Shown: piece by piece, positions 27,023 to 35,485 of the stretch
Layout: every line of letters begins with the position of its first letter
Numbering within the stretch: the first letter of the stretch is position 1
Notes under the pieces: model-generated
What the model was told of the DNA's origin: nothing
What the model saw: the letters and a program-made list of their open reading frames with translations, nothing else
Databases searched by the model: none
Virus record (IMG/VR): IMGVR_UViG_3300045988_150188
Span: 1-37,478 of that record
Reading direction: 5' to 3' (one strand)
Source: a virus
Length of the DNA stretch: 37,478 bases
Position numbers and translations under genes: made by a program

Positions 27023-27515
27023 CCTTCTCGGCCCTCCTGTACCGGTCCATCTCCTTGGCGAACTCGTCGAGAGGGGACACCAGGATCTGTGATTCATCGA
27101 TGGGTCTGTCCGTCTGCCCGAGGCGGTTCTTCCCGAGCCATATGAGCATTGTAGAGTTTCCGTTGAGCGCGGAGGTGACTTGGGCCTTGCGGAGGCGATT
27201 ATTGCACTTATCCCGCCCTTCTTTAACCGCACGTCTGACTTTTGGGCCGTTGCGTGAATTATAAAGGGTCGCGGTGTCGACACCGATCTCTCCTGCGAGA
27301 TCGTCTATGTCTGCGCCCTTCGCCATCTCCTGCATGATCCACATCGCGCCATCATCGGTGAGCTGGAGGGAGCATCTGCCTCCGACCGGCATCCCGTCGG
27401 CTCTGCATTTCCCTCTGGACTTGTGAGGGATGGCCTCCATGATGACGATATTTTTCTTGCCATTCTCTCCCTTGACGGTGGCGATGATGTTTCCTCCGGG
27501 CTCTGTATACGGCAT
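27009..27515 (-). CDS. terS: terminase small subunit (~168 aa)
   Basis: HTH DIDDLAGEIGVDTATLYN plus the conserved STMLIWLGKNRLGQ block. GGGAGGG SD with a 6-nt spacer. Confidence 0.75.
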   Translation of the reverse strand: MPYTEPGGNIIATVKGENGKKNIVIMEAIPHKSRGKCRADGMPVGGRCSLQLTDDGAMWIMQEMAKGADIDDLAGEIGVDTATLYNSRNGPKVRRAVKEGRDKCNNRLRKAQVTSALNGNSTMLIWLGKNRLGQTDRPIDESQILVSPLDEFAKEMDRYRRAEKDGSD

Positions 27516-27517
27516 CG

Positions 27518-28256
27518 TCATCCCTCCCACGGCGACCATGTGTGAGGCCATGCGTTCTTGGGTTTGAGGTCGTCGAAAAAGCCTTTGTAGAAATCGGCCA
27601 CATCCTTGTCGACGGTGATGACCGCCTGCTCGATCCTCGGATTTGTGTTGATATTGGCGGAGGACGTGACTGCGACTCCATGCATCCTGCCCCTTGTGTC
27701 CTTCCAGTACCCTGCCATGACTTTGGCATGGTTCCGTTGCATGCACAGGCGTCCGCCGTACTGCGGAAGCAGGTCGGCCAGATAGTCAAAGATGGCCATG
27801 TAGTGCTGGATGAAGATCTCCCCGACGTAGACATCGACCCGCTTGACTATGCTGCGATGCAGCCACTCTCCGATCTCCTGCGCATCCTCCATCGCCATGC
27901 ACCACGTGGAGAATAGGCAGTATTCGAGGGGATGCTGCTTGACGATGCCTCTCATGTAGGTGAGGAAATCGACGTCTCCTCCGGAGATGCAATGATATGT
28001 GTATCCGTCCTTGAGATGCCAGTCTAAGACCTCGTTCATATGTTGCTCGGACATGGCCTTGCGCATGATCGCACGCTGATGCGTCCTGCACGCACGGGCC
28101 TTGATCTGCTCTTCGGATGGTTCAGTCGCTCTGCGAGTCTTACGAGGTGTAGGAATCCCAAGGCTCTCGTCATCCAGATCATCAATCATGCAGATGTCGT
28201 CCGGATCGAACTCCTCAGTACCCTGGTTAATCAGGTCTTCATCAAGTTTGTCCACG
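27518..28256 (-). CDS. first late-operon protein, function unknown (~246 aa). Contains a CISGGDVDF motif (PAPS-reductase-like P-loop?).
   Basis: GTG 28256 with GGAGGG SD and a 6-nt spacer. The N-terminal part of table ORF 27518..28345 reads through the promoter. Confidence 0.55.
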
Positions 28257-28285
28257 GTTAACCCTCCGTTTAGGTGATGAAAAGA

Positions 28286-28340
28286 CGAGTCGGGGGGTAT
28301 AAAAACGAAATTCGGAAAAACAAGGGGAAATGGTTTGTCC
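28286..28340 (-). promoter_or_regulatory. conserved promoter element copy driving the packaging/head operon
   Basis: cggggggtataaaaacgaaattcggaaaaacaaggggaaatggtttg on the plus strand. TATA ~44 nt before GTG 28256. Confidence 0.65.
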
Positions 28341-28372
28341 GACATGGCACAAAAACATCCTCGTCATGTCGG
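28339..28372. promoter_or_regulatory. inverted repeat CCGACATG-N18-CATGTCGG upstream of the late promoter
   Basis: Seen in the sequence. Candidate regulator binding site. Confidence 0.4.
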
Positions 28373-28404
28373 GGTTTGCGAGGTCGACCGTTGTGTTTCA
28401 TCGA

Positions 28405-28440
28405 TGTGCCGACAAAACAGTATCGTTTTTGTCCGATATG
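28405..28440 (-). terminator. hairpin (GACAAAAC...GTTTTGTC) with T tracts at the end of the early operon
   Basis: Directly downstream (minus strand) of the last early gene's stop at 28446. Confidence 0.5.
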
Positions 28441-28445
28441 CATCA

Positions 28446-28667
28446 TCACATCAGCTCCCAGACGGCGAGATGGCAGGAGGTGTCCAGACGCTTGCGTCTG
28501 ATGTAGCCGAGCCACTTGAGACGGTCGAGCGCCGCGGCGATGTCGGCGTCATGGCGGTTCCTCCCCATCGCCTCCTCGATGTCCTTCATGGTCATGGGTC
28601 TAATGCGGAGATGCCTCACGATCTCCTGCTCTATGGGCGTCAGCGGCTGCATGACACCTCTGTCCAT
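28446..28667 (-). CDS. winged-helix transcriptional regulator paralog (~70 aa)
   Basis: EQEIVRHL...MTMKDIEEAMG...RLKWLGYIRR...VWELM. Member of the paralog family. Confidence 0.55.
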   Translation of the reverse strand: MDRGVMQPLTPIEQEIVRHLRIRPMTMKDIEEAMGRNRHDADIAAALDRLKWLGYIRRKRLDTSCHLAVWELM

Positions 28668-28807
28668 GCCCATGCGATGCCTGCGAGCCATGCTGATGCG
28701 CCTGCGACGATGCCCCCGGGCGTGCATATAGCCGCGAGGATGGAGACGACGGTCGCTCCGAGGACGATGACGGCGGATGCGAGGATGCGGTCTTCGCGTT
28801 CGGTCAT
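28640..28807 (-). CDS. small two-helix membrane protein (55 aa)
   Basis: ATGA overlap. GAGGAGG SD. Confidence 0.5.
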   Translation of the reverse strand: MTEREDRILASAVIVLGATVVSILAAICTPGGIVAGASAWLAGIAWAWTEVSCSR

Positions 28808-29037
28808 ATCCACTTCCTCCTCTGCTTCACGTTCCACCTGCCTATGGCCTCGATCCGCGACCGATACCTGCGCGTGTGTCTTCCGCAGTAGATGCACTGG
28901 ACACGGTAGCGGTAGTTCGTCCAGTCGTGGAGGTCCGGGTCGAACTCCTTGGTGACTATGAGACACACTCCGTCAGAGCATCTTTTGCATGGGAGGATAT
29001 GGGCATCGCTTAGGGGGGTCCTCTCCGTCTCGGTCAT
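28804..29037 (-). CDS. Cys-rich zinc-ribbon protein (77 aa)
   Basis: CKRC...C and C.YC motifs. Confidence 0.55.
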   Translation of the reverse strand: MTETERTPLSDAHILPCKRCSDGVCLIVTKEFDPDLHDWTNYRYRVQCIYCGRHTRRYRSRIEAIGRWNVKQRRKWI

Positions 29038-29350
29038 CGACCCTCCACTCCCATTCGCTCTGGTCCAACGCCTCGTCCATCGCGTCCCTGCGCTTCGCCA
29101 CCAGGTCCCAATCTCCCGATCCTATCGCCGCGAGGTAGTGGTGGTAGCACGTCTGCAGCCTCTTCCGCTTGTCCTCCGGCATGGTCGCTCCGGCCAGGAT
29201 GTCGTCGATGCACAGCGCGTAGTCCATCGCCCTGCGATGGGCACGGCGTTCCCGCTCCATCTCGTTTTGAAGTTTGCAACTATTGAAATAAAGGATGCTC
29301 GCGCAGATGATGGCGAGTATCCCAGATATCAGTGTGATCCAATCCGCCAT
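28973..29350 (-). CDS. membrane protein with N-terminal TM helix (~125 aa)
   Basis: MADWITLISGILAIICASILYF. GAGGTGAG SD. Confidence 0.5.
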   Translation of the reverse strand: MADWITLISGILAIICASILYFNSCKLQNEMERERRAHRRAMDYALCIDDILAGATMPEDKRKRLQTCYHHYLAAIGSGDWDLVAKRRDAMDEALDQSEWEWRVDDRDGEDPPKRCPYPPMQKML

Positions 29351-29355
29351 CCATC

Positions 29356-29526
29356 TCACCTCTCCCTCGTTCCCGATGCGTAGCTCCCGCATCCGAACCC
29401 CTCCGGGTCCCATCTGATCTGACAGCCGTTGTGTCTGCAGTACGGCGACAGTCCGCGCCACGTCAGGCTGTCGCACTCGTAGCATGTGAACCAGTCGCGG
29501 CTCATGAACGCGTGGATCTTGGCCAT
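29356..29526 (-). CDS. Cys-rich zinc-finger protein (~56 aa, below ORF-table cutoff)
   Basis: MAKIHAFMSRDWFTCYECDSLTWRGLSPYCRHNGCQ... GAGGTGGA SD with a 6-nt spacer. Confidence 0.45.
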   Translation of the reverse strand: MAKIHAFMSRDWFTCYECDSLTWRGLSPYCRHNGCQIRWDPEGFGCGSYASGTRER

Positions 29527-29747
29527 CGCTCATCCACCTCGAACATCATCGCTCCGACGATGTGCCTCCCGGCGAGGACACGCCTGGTGCCGGGCTTGGG
29601 GCCTTCGCTCATGACGGTCCTGTCGTTTGCGATGGCGTTCTCGATGTAGCAGAGTCTTTCCTGCGCCTCCTTCTGCGTCCCGTAGATCTCGTTGATGGCG
29701 AGGATGCTCTCGTGCGTCGGATAAACGCAGACACGCCATTGGGTCAT
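29502..29747 (-). CDS. hypothetical protein (~81 aa)
   Basis: ATGA overlap. GGGAGGAGAGGGGGG SD. Confidence 0.5.
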   Translation of the reverse strand: MTQWRVCVYPTHESILAINEIYGTQKEAQERLCYIENAIANDRTVMSEGPKPGTRRVLAGRHIVGAMMFEVDERWPRSTRS

Positions 29748-30109
29748 TCCCCCCTCTCCTCCCTTATCCACGCCTTCATCTTCTGCGTCCCTTGGATGAC
29801 CGCCTCCTCGAACTGGAGGTCCCCGGCATACCACGCCGTGTCCATCAGGAGGTCCTGGATCATGCCGACCTTCCTGTCGTACTCTTCGGGCATGAGACCT
29901 CTGATGCGGTCCAGCGCTTCTATTGCAGTATTTAGGGCGTTCCAGGTGATGTCCACATGATCGAGTTCGTCGGTCTCGTCATCCTCCCAGTCGTCATCCT
30001 CGTCGACCCCTGCGGGGGCCTCGACCCATTTGTGTATGATCCCGCAGTGAGAACAGTAGTAGATGTCCTCACTCTCTACCAGCAGCTCTCCGCAGATGGG
30101 GCATTTCAT
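29744..30109 (-). CDS. N-terminal zinc-ribbon protein with acidic linker (121 aa)
   Basis: MKCPICGEL...YYCSHCG. ATGA overlap. Confidence 0.55.
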   Translation of the reverse strand: MKCPICGELLVESEDIYYCSHCGIIHKWVEAPAGVDEDDDWEDDETDELDHVDITWNALNTAIEALDRIRGLMPEEYDRKVGMIQDLLMDTAWYAGDLQFEEAVIQGTQKMKAWIREERGE

Positions 30110-30276
30110 TCCGACCCCTTCTTCATCATCTTGTGGAATCTCCCGTTGCACGCCGGGCATAGCACCTTCTTGCCGATTGACCAGCCCTCCATGCGGAGCC
30201 GCTTCATCATCTCCTTCTTGGGGATCGATGCCCGCTCCCAGAAACGACACCGGTCGCACTGCCACTCTGTTATCAT
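30106..30276 (-). CDS. zinc-ribbon protein (56 aa)
   Basis: CDRC...CPAC. AAGGAGGCGGAGGA SD junction. Confidence 0.5.
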   Translation of the reverse strand: MITEWQCDRCRFWERASIPKKEMMKRLRMEGWSIGKKVLCPACNGRFHKMMKKGSE

Positions 30277-30473
30277 TCCTCCGCCTCCTTGAACGCCTTG
30301 TTGCATTCGCATCTCCTGAGCGCGCGCATCAGCCACCTCACCTCGTCCCATTCGAGACAGCACCTGCGCTCCTCCAGCCTGTCGTCCCAAACCGTCAGGG
30401 TCAGGCGACCGTCCTCCATCATGCGGACGGCGATCTGGAGGTCGTCGGACAGGTCGTAAGTCATCAGCGTCAT
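30273..30473 (-). CDS. small hypothetical protein (66 aa)
   Basis: GGGAGGA SD with a 6-nt spacer. TAATG overlap. Confidence 0.5.
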   Translation of the reverse strand: MTLMTYDLSDDLQIAVRMMEDGRLTLTVWDDRLEERRCCLEWDEVRWLMRALRRCECNKAFKEAEE

Positions 30474-30760
30474 TAGTCATCCTCCCGGGTCAGATCGTCT
30501 GCCATGCATCTGCACTGCTTGGCCAGTTCCTTACGGTCGGGGTAGTTGTCGGAGCAGACCGTCCACTGGATCGCGTACAACAGCTGGTCCATCGAGACCT
30601 CCAGCTCCGCTCTGGCCGTCGGCGTCAGATCCCCGAGGGTATTCGTTGCCATCCTCAACAGATGCAGTGCGATCCATTGCAACTCGGGCAGACGTTCGAT
30701 GTCGGGATCCTCGATCATCTCGTCGATGATGTCGGATTGATTCTTCGTCAGGACTTTCAT
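30473..30760 (-). CDS. hypothetical protein (95 aa)
   Basis: ATGA overlap. GAGGAGGA SD. Confidence 0.5.
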   Translation of the reverse strand: MKVLTKNQSDIIDEMIEDPDIERLPELQWIALHLLRMATNTLGDLTPTARAELEVSMDQLLYAIQWTVCSDNYPDRKELAKQCRCMADDLTREDD

Positions 30761-31092
30761 TCGTCATCCTCCTCGTCATCGTCGTCTTCCTCGTCGATCC
30801 CGTATGACTCCTCCTTCTCCTCCTCGGTGTCGCCGTCCCAATAGCCGACGAGCGTCACAAGACGCATGAGTCCCGCCTCGACGCCCGGACCGATGACGTA
30901 ACGACCGTAGTCGTCCACTTGGATGGTGTTGACCTCCGTCTCGATGCGGGTGTCGAACGTGCAGGATGACACCCTCCACCGGTCGGTGTCATGGAGGTAA
31001 TAGAACCCGATGGAGACCCAATCCCGATACTGGAGCCTGAAGCTGACCTTGTCCGCGATCCTCCCGGCGATGCGGTCGGCGAGTCTGGTCAT
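30757..31092 (-). CDS. hypothetical protein with poly-acidic C-terminus (111 aa)
   Basis: AAGGAGGCGGAGGA SD junction. Confidence 0.55.
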   Translation of the reverse strand: MTRLADRIAGRIADKVSFRLQYRDWVSIGFYYLHDTDRWRVSSCTFDTRIETEVNTIQVDDYGRYVIGPGVEAGLMRLVTLVGYWDGDTEEEKEESYGIDEEDDDDEEDDE

Positions 31093-31250
31093 TCCTCCGC
31101 CTCCTTTTCCAGATATTCGTACACGATCTCGTCGATGCAGTTGGCGCACAGCGGGATCCTCTTAGGGAAGCTCATATAGATCCTTCCCGCACCTGCTTCG
31201 TCGAGATCGAATCCCGTCTTGCATCTGGAGCATGCGATAAGGCAGGTCAT
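31089..31250 (-). CDS. zinc-ribbon protein (53 aa)
   Basis: CLIACSRC...CANC. Confidence 0.5.
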   Translation of the reverse strand: MTCLIACSRCKTGFDLDEAGAGRIYMSFPKRIPLCANCIDEIVYEYLEKEAEE

Positions 31251-31624
31251 CGCACCATCCTCCATCTGGCAGTGAAATGGTCGTCGCACAACTCGACGAC
31301 ATGGCCGTTGGCCTTCGGTCCGAGCCTGGCGGTCGGCTCTCCTGCGATGATGCGTCTCTTGTCGTTCATCCAGAAATTGAACTCCGGTGCGATCTCGCAC
31401 TGGCAGATCATCCCTTCGCGCATACAGTCCAACGCCTCCTCGAAGGACAGGCCCCACACGACCTCGCCGCAGTTGCGCAGGAGCAGCGATTGGAACCACT
31501 CCTTGTCGGGGTTCTTCGCGAGCAGCCGGTCTCCGTCCATCTTGTACTGCCAGTAGCCGTCGGTGATGGTCTTCCCGCGGAGCAATGCGACCATCGCCTC
31601 CTTCTGCGTCATGAACCGGCTCAT
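31247..31624 (-). CDS. DUF2829-like phage protein (125 aa)
   Basis: N-terminus MTQKEAMVALLRGKTITDGYW resembles the phage DUF2829 family (recalled from memory). Confidence 0.5.
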   Translation of the reverse strand: MSRFMTQKEAMVALLRGKTITDGYWQYKMDGDRLLAKNPDKEWFQSLLLRNCGEVVWGLSFEEALDCMREGMICQCEIAPEFNFWMNDKRRIIAGEPTARLGPKANGHVVELCDDHFTARWRMVR

Positions 31625-31776
31625 TCCTTGCCCCTCCCGAACGCTTTGGCGAGGTCAGGCCATCCCATGCACTCGCATGTCCTCTTGTCCTCTCTCGCGT
31701 CTCCTGACGGCCCCTGCATGTGCAGGGCGGAGAATCTGTCGGCCATGAGGACGGAGATGGTGGATGGTGTCCTCAT
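31621..31776 (-). CDS. small hypothetical protein (51 aa)
   Basis: ATGA overlaps on both sides. GGAGGAG SD. Confidence 0.4.
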   Translation of the reverse strand: MRTPSTISVLMADRFSALHMQGPSGDAREDKRTCECMGWPDLAKAFGRGKE

Positions 31777-32141
31777 TCGCTCTCCTCCAGCTTCTCCTTC
31801 TCCACCTCGTGGATGCTGACGAGGATCACCCTTGCGCACAGCACGTCGCTCGGCCTGACCATGATGGACTCGCGGTCGTAGCCGTCCTTGATGGTGATGA
31901 CATCGTCCCTCCTGTCCTGCGGCACGTCCAGCTTCGCCATGGCCTCGTCTGCTCTGTATTTGGTCTGGAAGAACAGGGAGGTCCCGTCGTCAGGGCCTCC
32001 GGGGATGGTGATGTCGAGGCACCACACCTTCCTGGACTGCTCCTCCGGCGTGGGCTTGGTGCAAGTCTGGTCGAGGACCTTGTCGGACAATCTGCCGTCA
32101 GAGTTGCCGAGGGTAGCACGTATGGGATCGAACAACCTCAT
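31773..32141 (-). CDS. hypothetical protein (122 aa)
   Basis: ATGA overlap. Confidence 0.5.
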   Translation of the reverse strand: MRLFDPIRATLGNSDGRLSDKVLDQTCTKPTPEEQSRKVWCLDITIPGGPDDGTSLFFQTKYRADEAMAKLDVPQDRRDDVITIKDGYDRESIMVRPSDVLCARVILVSIHEVEKEKLEESE

Positions 32142-32395
32142 TCGCCCACCATCCTGATGACATAGACCGACTCTATATGCTCCGGATTGACCGCCACATC
32201 CGAGACCTCTGTCGTGAATGTGGGTGAAAGAACCGGGCTACCGAACATCAACAATCTCTCTTTCCACCGTATCGCGTTGCGGATCGCGCTCGCGGTCTCC
32301 TGCGCTTCCTCCATGCTCTTGCAGGGGATCACCCAATCATCTCTGCTCACCATGATGATCCGGACGGCGAACTCCAGTGTCTTTTCCGGCGTCAT
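32138..32395 (-). CDS. hypothetical protein (85 aa)
   Basis: ATGA overlap. Confidence 0.5.
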   Translation of the reverse strand: MTPEKTLEFAVRIIMVSRDDWVIPCKSMEEAQETASAIRNAIRWKERLLMFGSPVLSPTFTTEVSDVAVNPEHIESVYVIRMVGE

Positions 32396-32787
32396 TCTCC
32401 CATCCTCCTGTTGGCTCTCTCCGCGAATTCCTGCAGCCACGATGGGCAGGTGAGATCGAATGCGTTGGACGTCCAGTATGAGAATCCGCAACTGCATTGT
32501 ATGCAGACGGAATCGACACCCCACGTCAACACGCTGGCATCCAATCCGATCGACTCAAGGGCGCGCATGTCGAATGCACCGTTGTCGTCCATCGCATCCA
32601 TAAGGTCCATCATCAGATCCCCATCATCGGCAAACGCGATGTCTTTGGCTGTAAGGCGACGCCCGCATATCGGGCAGGGCCTGAATCCGTCGGGGCCTTT
32701 GCGCATCATCTTCTCCCAATTCTCCGCCTTCGCTTGGAGTCCGGCGTAGTGGCAGTCCCGAGCCTCGTCTTCACTGAATATGCCCAT
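32392..32787 (-). CDS. Cys-rich protein (131 aa)
   Basis: CPICGRR, CIQCSC, CPSW motifs. Confidence 0.55.
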   Translation of the reverse strand: MGIFSEDEARDCHYAGLQAKAENWEKMMRKGPDGFRPCPICGRRLTAKDIAFADDGDLMMDLMDAMDDNGAFDMRALESIGLDASVLTWGVDSVCIQCSCGFSYWTSNAFDLTCPSWLQEFAERANRRMGE

Positions 32788-33108
32788 TCAGTCCACCTTC
32801 TCCCAATCATCTGCGGTCATGTCGCCTACGTTGAGTATCCTCACAAACGCGTCCTCATAGGCGGGATATTTGGTGTTGATGATGGCCGGTGCCGGACCGG
32901 ACATGTCCAGCACGGCATCGCGCCTGTATTCGGCCCATCTTCTGCGCCTGAACTGCGAGTACTTCGCACCACACCTCACACGTGCGAGGACCCACTCGAA
33001 CGTCCCGATCTTCGGAAGGTACTCTGCCGATTCTTCCAGAATCTTGTCGATGCGTCCGCCGGACTTCCAAACGTCCAGCTTCTCTATCATCTCCATGGCA
33101 TGCGTCAC
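32788..33108 (-). CDS. hypothetical protein (106 aa). In frame with 33181-33429 across a TAA with coding-like intervening codons and no SD.
   Basis: GTG 33108 lacks an SD. The 24 codons between the TAA at 33181 and the GTG are high-GC3 and protein-like. Confidence 0.45.
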   Translation of the reverse strand: MTHAMEMIEKLDVWKSGGRIDKILEESAEYLPKIGTFEWVLARVRCGAKYSQFRRRRWAEYRRDAVLDMSGPAPAIINTKYPAYEDAFVRILNVGDMTADDWEKVD

Positions 33109-33180
33109 AGATCTGGTGATGACCGTCTCAAGGGCGACGGAGACGTCTTGGATCTCCTTGATGTCATCCTCGTCCAGGAC

Positions 33181-33429
33181 TTAGTCCAGCTTCAACTCGT
33201 GCAGGTCCTTGGTTTTCCTCACGAGATCGCCGCAGATGATCACGAACTTCACGGCCTGTATCAGGGAGGCCATCTCTGTAGAGCGATCTACATTCATGAC
33301 CAGCCCCGCGAGTCCTCTGACCCTTGCTGTCAACTCCTTGAGGCCGTCGTCATCGCATATGGTGTCAAGCATGTCGAGCATATTCAACATGGCCTCGATC
33401 TCCTCGATGGCTGACTTATCCTCCGTCAT
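33181..33429 (-). CDS. hypothetical protein (82 aa), ends at TAA
   Basis: ATGA overlap. GGAGGACGAGG SD. Confidence 0.5.
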   Translation of the reverse strand: MTEDKSAIEEIEAMLNMLDMLDTICDDDGLKELTARVRGLAGLVMNVDRSTEMASLIQAVKFVIICGDLVRKTKDLHELKLD

Positions 33430-33605
33430 TCCTCGTCCTCCATCTGCTTGTAGTACGGGCATCTTCCCTCGTTGCACATCTCGCAGTCCTCGTCGGTCAT
33501 GGCATTCTCCATCTCGCACTCGAAATCGAGGTATCCGGGGCCGTCGAAGTCCACCTTGACCTCTCCGACGAAGGCGTGGATGCAGTCGCCGCACTGGTCG
33601 GTCAC
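33426..33605 (-). CDS. Cys-rich acidic zinc-binding protein (~59 aa)
   Basis: GTGA overlap. CGDC...C.MC...C motifs. Confidence 0.45.
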   Translation of the reverse strand: MTDQCGDCIHAFVGEVKVDFDGPGYLDFECEMENAMTDEDCEMCNEGRCPYYKQMEDEE

Positions 33606-33787
33606 TCGCATCCCTCCTTGGTCCATCTGCCGTATTTCCTCTTGGCCGCAGCTGTCAGTCTGGTCGGACATTGCATCGAGCGACGTGCGAGCTGCGGATG
33701 GGCGCAGAACATGTTGACTCCGAGATCGTCGTCGGCGTAATCCACCTGGAACATGCAGCCTTTGCATTCCTCGGGGCAGGGACTCAC
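33602..33787 (-). CDS. Cys-rich zinc-ribbon protein (~61 aa)
   Basis: CPEECKGC...QCP. GGAGGG SD with a 6-nt spacer. Confidence 0.45.
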   Translation of the reverse strand: MSPCPEECKGCMFQVDYADDDLGVNMFCAHPQLARRSMQCPTRLTAAAKRKYGRWTKEGCE

Positions 33788-33957
33788 TCGCATCCCTCCA
33801 TGATCTCCTTGCCGCTCCTCTGATCCGCCGGCACTCCGGCGTAGTCGTAGATGGCGTTGGCCCACTCCATCACGGTCCCCATCTCCTCGTCGTCCATCAA
33901 CTCCATCGCGTAGGACATCATCCTGTCCGCCAGATCGATCAATCCGTCAGTAGTCAT
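33784..33957 (-). CDS. small acidic protein (57 aa, below table cutoff)
   Basis: MTTDGLIDLADRMMSYAMELMDDEEMG... Ends EGCE* on the same junction sequence as 33602. Confidence 0.4.
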   Translation of the reverse strand: MTTDGLIDLADRMMSYAMELMDDEEMGTVMEWANAIYDYAGVPADQRSGKEIMEGCE

Positions 33958-34132
33958 CGTATGTCATCTCCCTCATAGCCTCGCTTACTGCTTCCATTGT
34001 CTTGATGTAGAGTTTCATCGGGACCCCCGCCGGGGGGTCCTTGATGCAGACGACCTCCCCCATGGCGGTCATCGCTCCGAGCCTGACCGCGTCCATGAGC
34101 GCGGTCTTCTCGTCTGTTGTGATCTCGGTCAT
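33947..34132 (-). CDS. small hypothetical protein (61 aa)
   Basis: TGA-ATG adjacent junction. GAGGGA SD. Confidence 0.45.
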   Translation of the reverse strand: MTEITTDEKTALMDAVRLGAMTAMGEVVCIKDPPAGVPMKLYIKTMEAVSEAMREMTYDDY

Positions 34133-34333
34133 TCAATCCCTCGCGTATGACGAGCATCCGTCGCATGTGCGGTCGTAGGCGACGCCTCCCATGAGTCTGC
34201 ATGTCCCCATGACGAAGACCTCGCCTCCTGCCATCAGTCCGCTGTCGATGTCGATCTTGAGCCATCTGCAGCGCTTCCCGTCGGGGAAGACCCTGTCGAT
34301 GTCTCCGACCGTGTCCATGTCCATCTGTCTCAC
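34133..34333 (-). CDS. Cys-containing small protein (66 aa)
   Basis: GTG with GGAGGGCGATAGA junction. Confidence 0.45.
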   Translation of the reverse strand: MRQMDMDTVGDIDRVFPDGKRCRWLKIDIDSGLMAGGEVFVMGTCRLMGGVAYDRTCDGCSSYARD

Positions 34334-34539
34334 TCTATCGCCCTCCATGTGGCGAGCCATGTGGTGCATCCGGGCTTCCAGACCGGCTCGCCGTCCTCGA
34401 CGAATTTGTATTTGGCCAGCTTTTTCAGCGACCTGCGGACGTAGGTCGGACTGCATCCGGTGTCGGTGCAGATCTGTGTGACCGTCATCGGTCCGTGCTT
34501 GCGGAGGGAGGCCAGGACGATCTCCTGGGATTGGGTCAT
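34330..34539 (-). CDS. winged-helix regulator paralog (69 aa)
   Basis: ...TVTQICTDTGCSPTYVRRSLKKLAKYKFV...TWRAIE. Confidence 0.55.
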   Translation of the reverse strand: MTQSQEIVLASLRKHGPMTVTQICTDTGCSPTYVRRSLKKLAKYKFVEDGEPVWKPGCTTWLATWRAIE

Positions 34540-34567
34540 GCGAATGCCTCCAATATCGCTGTCATCA

Positions 34568-34789
34568 TCAGCGCACCTCCCAACGGCGTGTTCCATTGGA
34601 GTCCACGGAGCGGGTCACATGACCCTCCTCGTACAGTCTCCGGAGCATGCTCCCGACCGTGTTCGAACCGGTCACCCACCTGTCGCCGAGGGCGTCCAGC
34701 ACCTCCGACGCGGTGGACGGGCGTCCGAGCGTCTTGAGCGCGTCGTAGACCATGCCGGCACGACTGCCCGTGAGGATGGTCCCGGTCAA
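34568..34789 (-). CDS. winged-helix regulator paralog (~73 aa, TTG start)
   Basis: MVYDALKTLGRPSTASEVLDALG...RRWEVR. GGGAGG SD with a 7-nt spacer. Confidence 0.5.
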   Translation of the reverse strand: MTGTILTGSRAGMVYDALKTLGRPSTASEVLDALGDRWVTGSNTVGSMLRRLYEEGHVTRSVDSNGTRRWEVR

Positions 34790-35004
34790 TCGACCGCCTC
34801 CCAGATCTGGATCCATCTCTGGGCGATGCCCTTGCCGTAGGCAGGGTTGGCGCGGTAACCGACCATGCGGATGCTTCCTTGGCTCTTGAGGACGGAGATC
34901 GCGTTGGCGACCCTCCACGGCGGGAGTCCGGTCCTGCGTGCGATCTCGACGATGGTGGCGCGTCCGAGGTCGCATATGACGCAGTAGACTCTCGACACGG
35001 ACAT
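34786..35004 (-). CDS. winged-helix regulator paralog (72 aa)
   Basis: ...IVEIARRTGLPPWRVANAISVLKSQG...IWEAVD. GGAGGGAG SD. Confidence 0.55.
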   Translation of the reverse strand: MSVSRVYCVICDLGRATIVEIARRTGLPPWRVANAISVLKSQGSIRMVGYRANPAYGKGIAQRWIQIWEAVD

Positions 35005-35300
35005 CGCTCTCCCTCCATGCGGACGTACTGCGAGCATGAGCGAAAATCGCACAGGTCCTCGTCGGTGATGTCCTTGGAGCCGCACTCGTAGACCATCTCG
35101 CCGTCGACGTAGGCGTGTGCGCATGTGGAGCATTGGCTCTCGATGCGGATGTCCTGGAGGCGCCATCCATCCGTCAGTCCGGCGCGGATGCGTCCGATCA
35201 GCGCCACGACGCTCCTGCATCCGTCGATGGTCTCTGTGCGGGTCTCGGTGGCCGCGTTGACCTTGTGACGGCAGTAGGTCATGACGATCCTGTCCATCAT
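34990..35300 (-). CDS. Cys-rich protein (~100 aa) with no in-frame stop before the next gene (C-terminus undefined)
   Basis: ATG 35300 with GGGAGGA SD and a 6-nt spacer. 9 Cys in 100 aa. The frame stays open to 34536 but loses protein character after ~35000. Confidence 0.4.
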
Positions 35301-35485
35301 GATCGGTCCTCCCTCGGGATCAGGTCCTGCGCCTCCATCCACGCGTTGAGCGTCAGGATGGCGTTCTGGACCTCCAGGAGCCTTCCGTCGAGTTCGGGCT
35401 TGGCTCCGAACCTCGCGTCGGCGATGGCTCTCGCGAGGGCCTTTCCGCGGGCGCGGACGATGCACAGCTTCTCGGTCTGGTCCAT
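35297..35485 (-). CDS. small hypothetical protein (62 aa)
   Basis: TGATG overlap. Confidence 0.45.
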   Translation of the reverse strand: MDQTEKLCIVRARGKALARAIADARFGAKPELDGRLLEVQNAILTLNAWMEAQDLIPREDRS

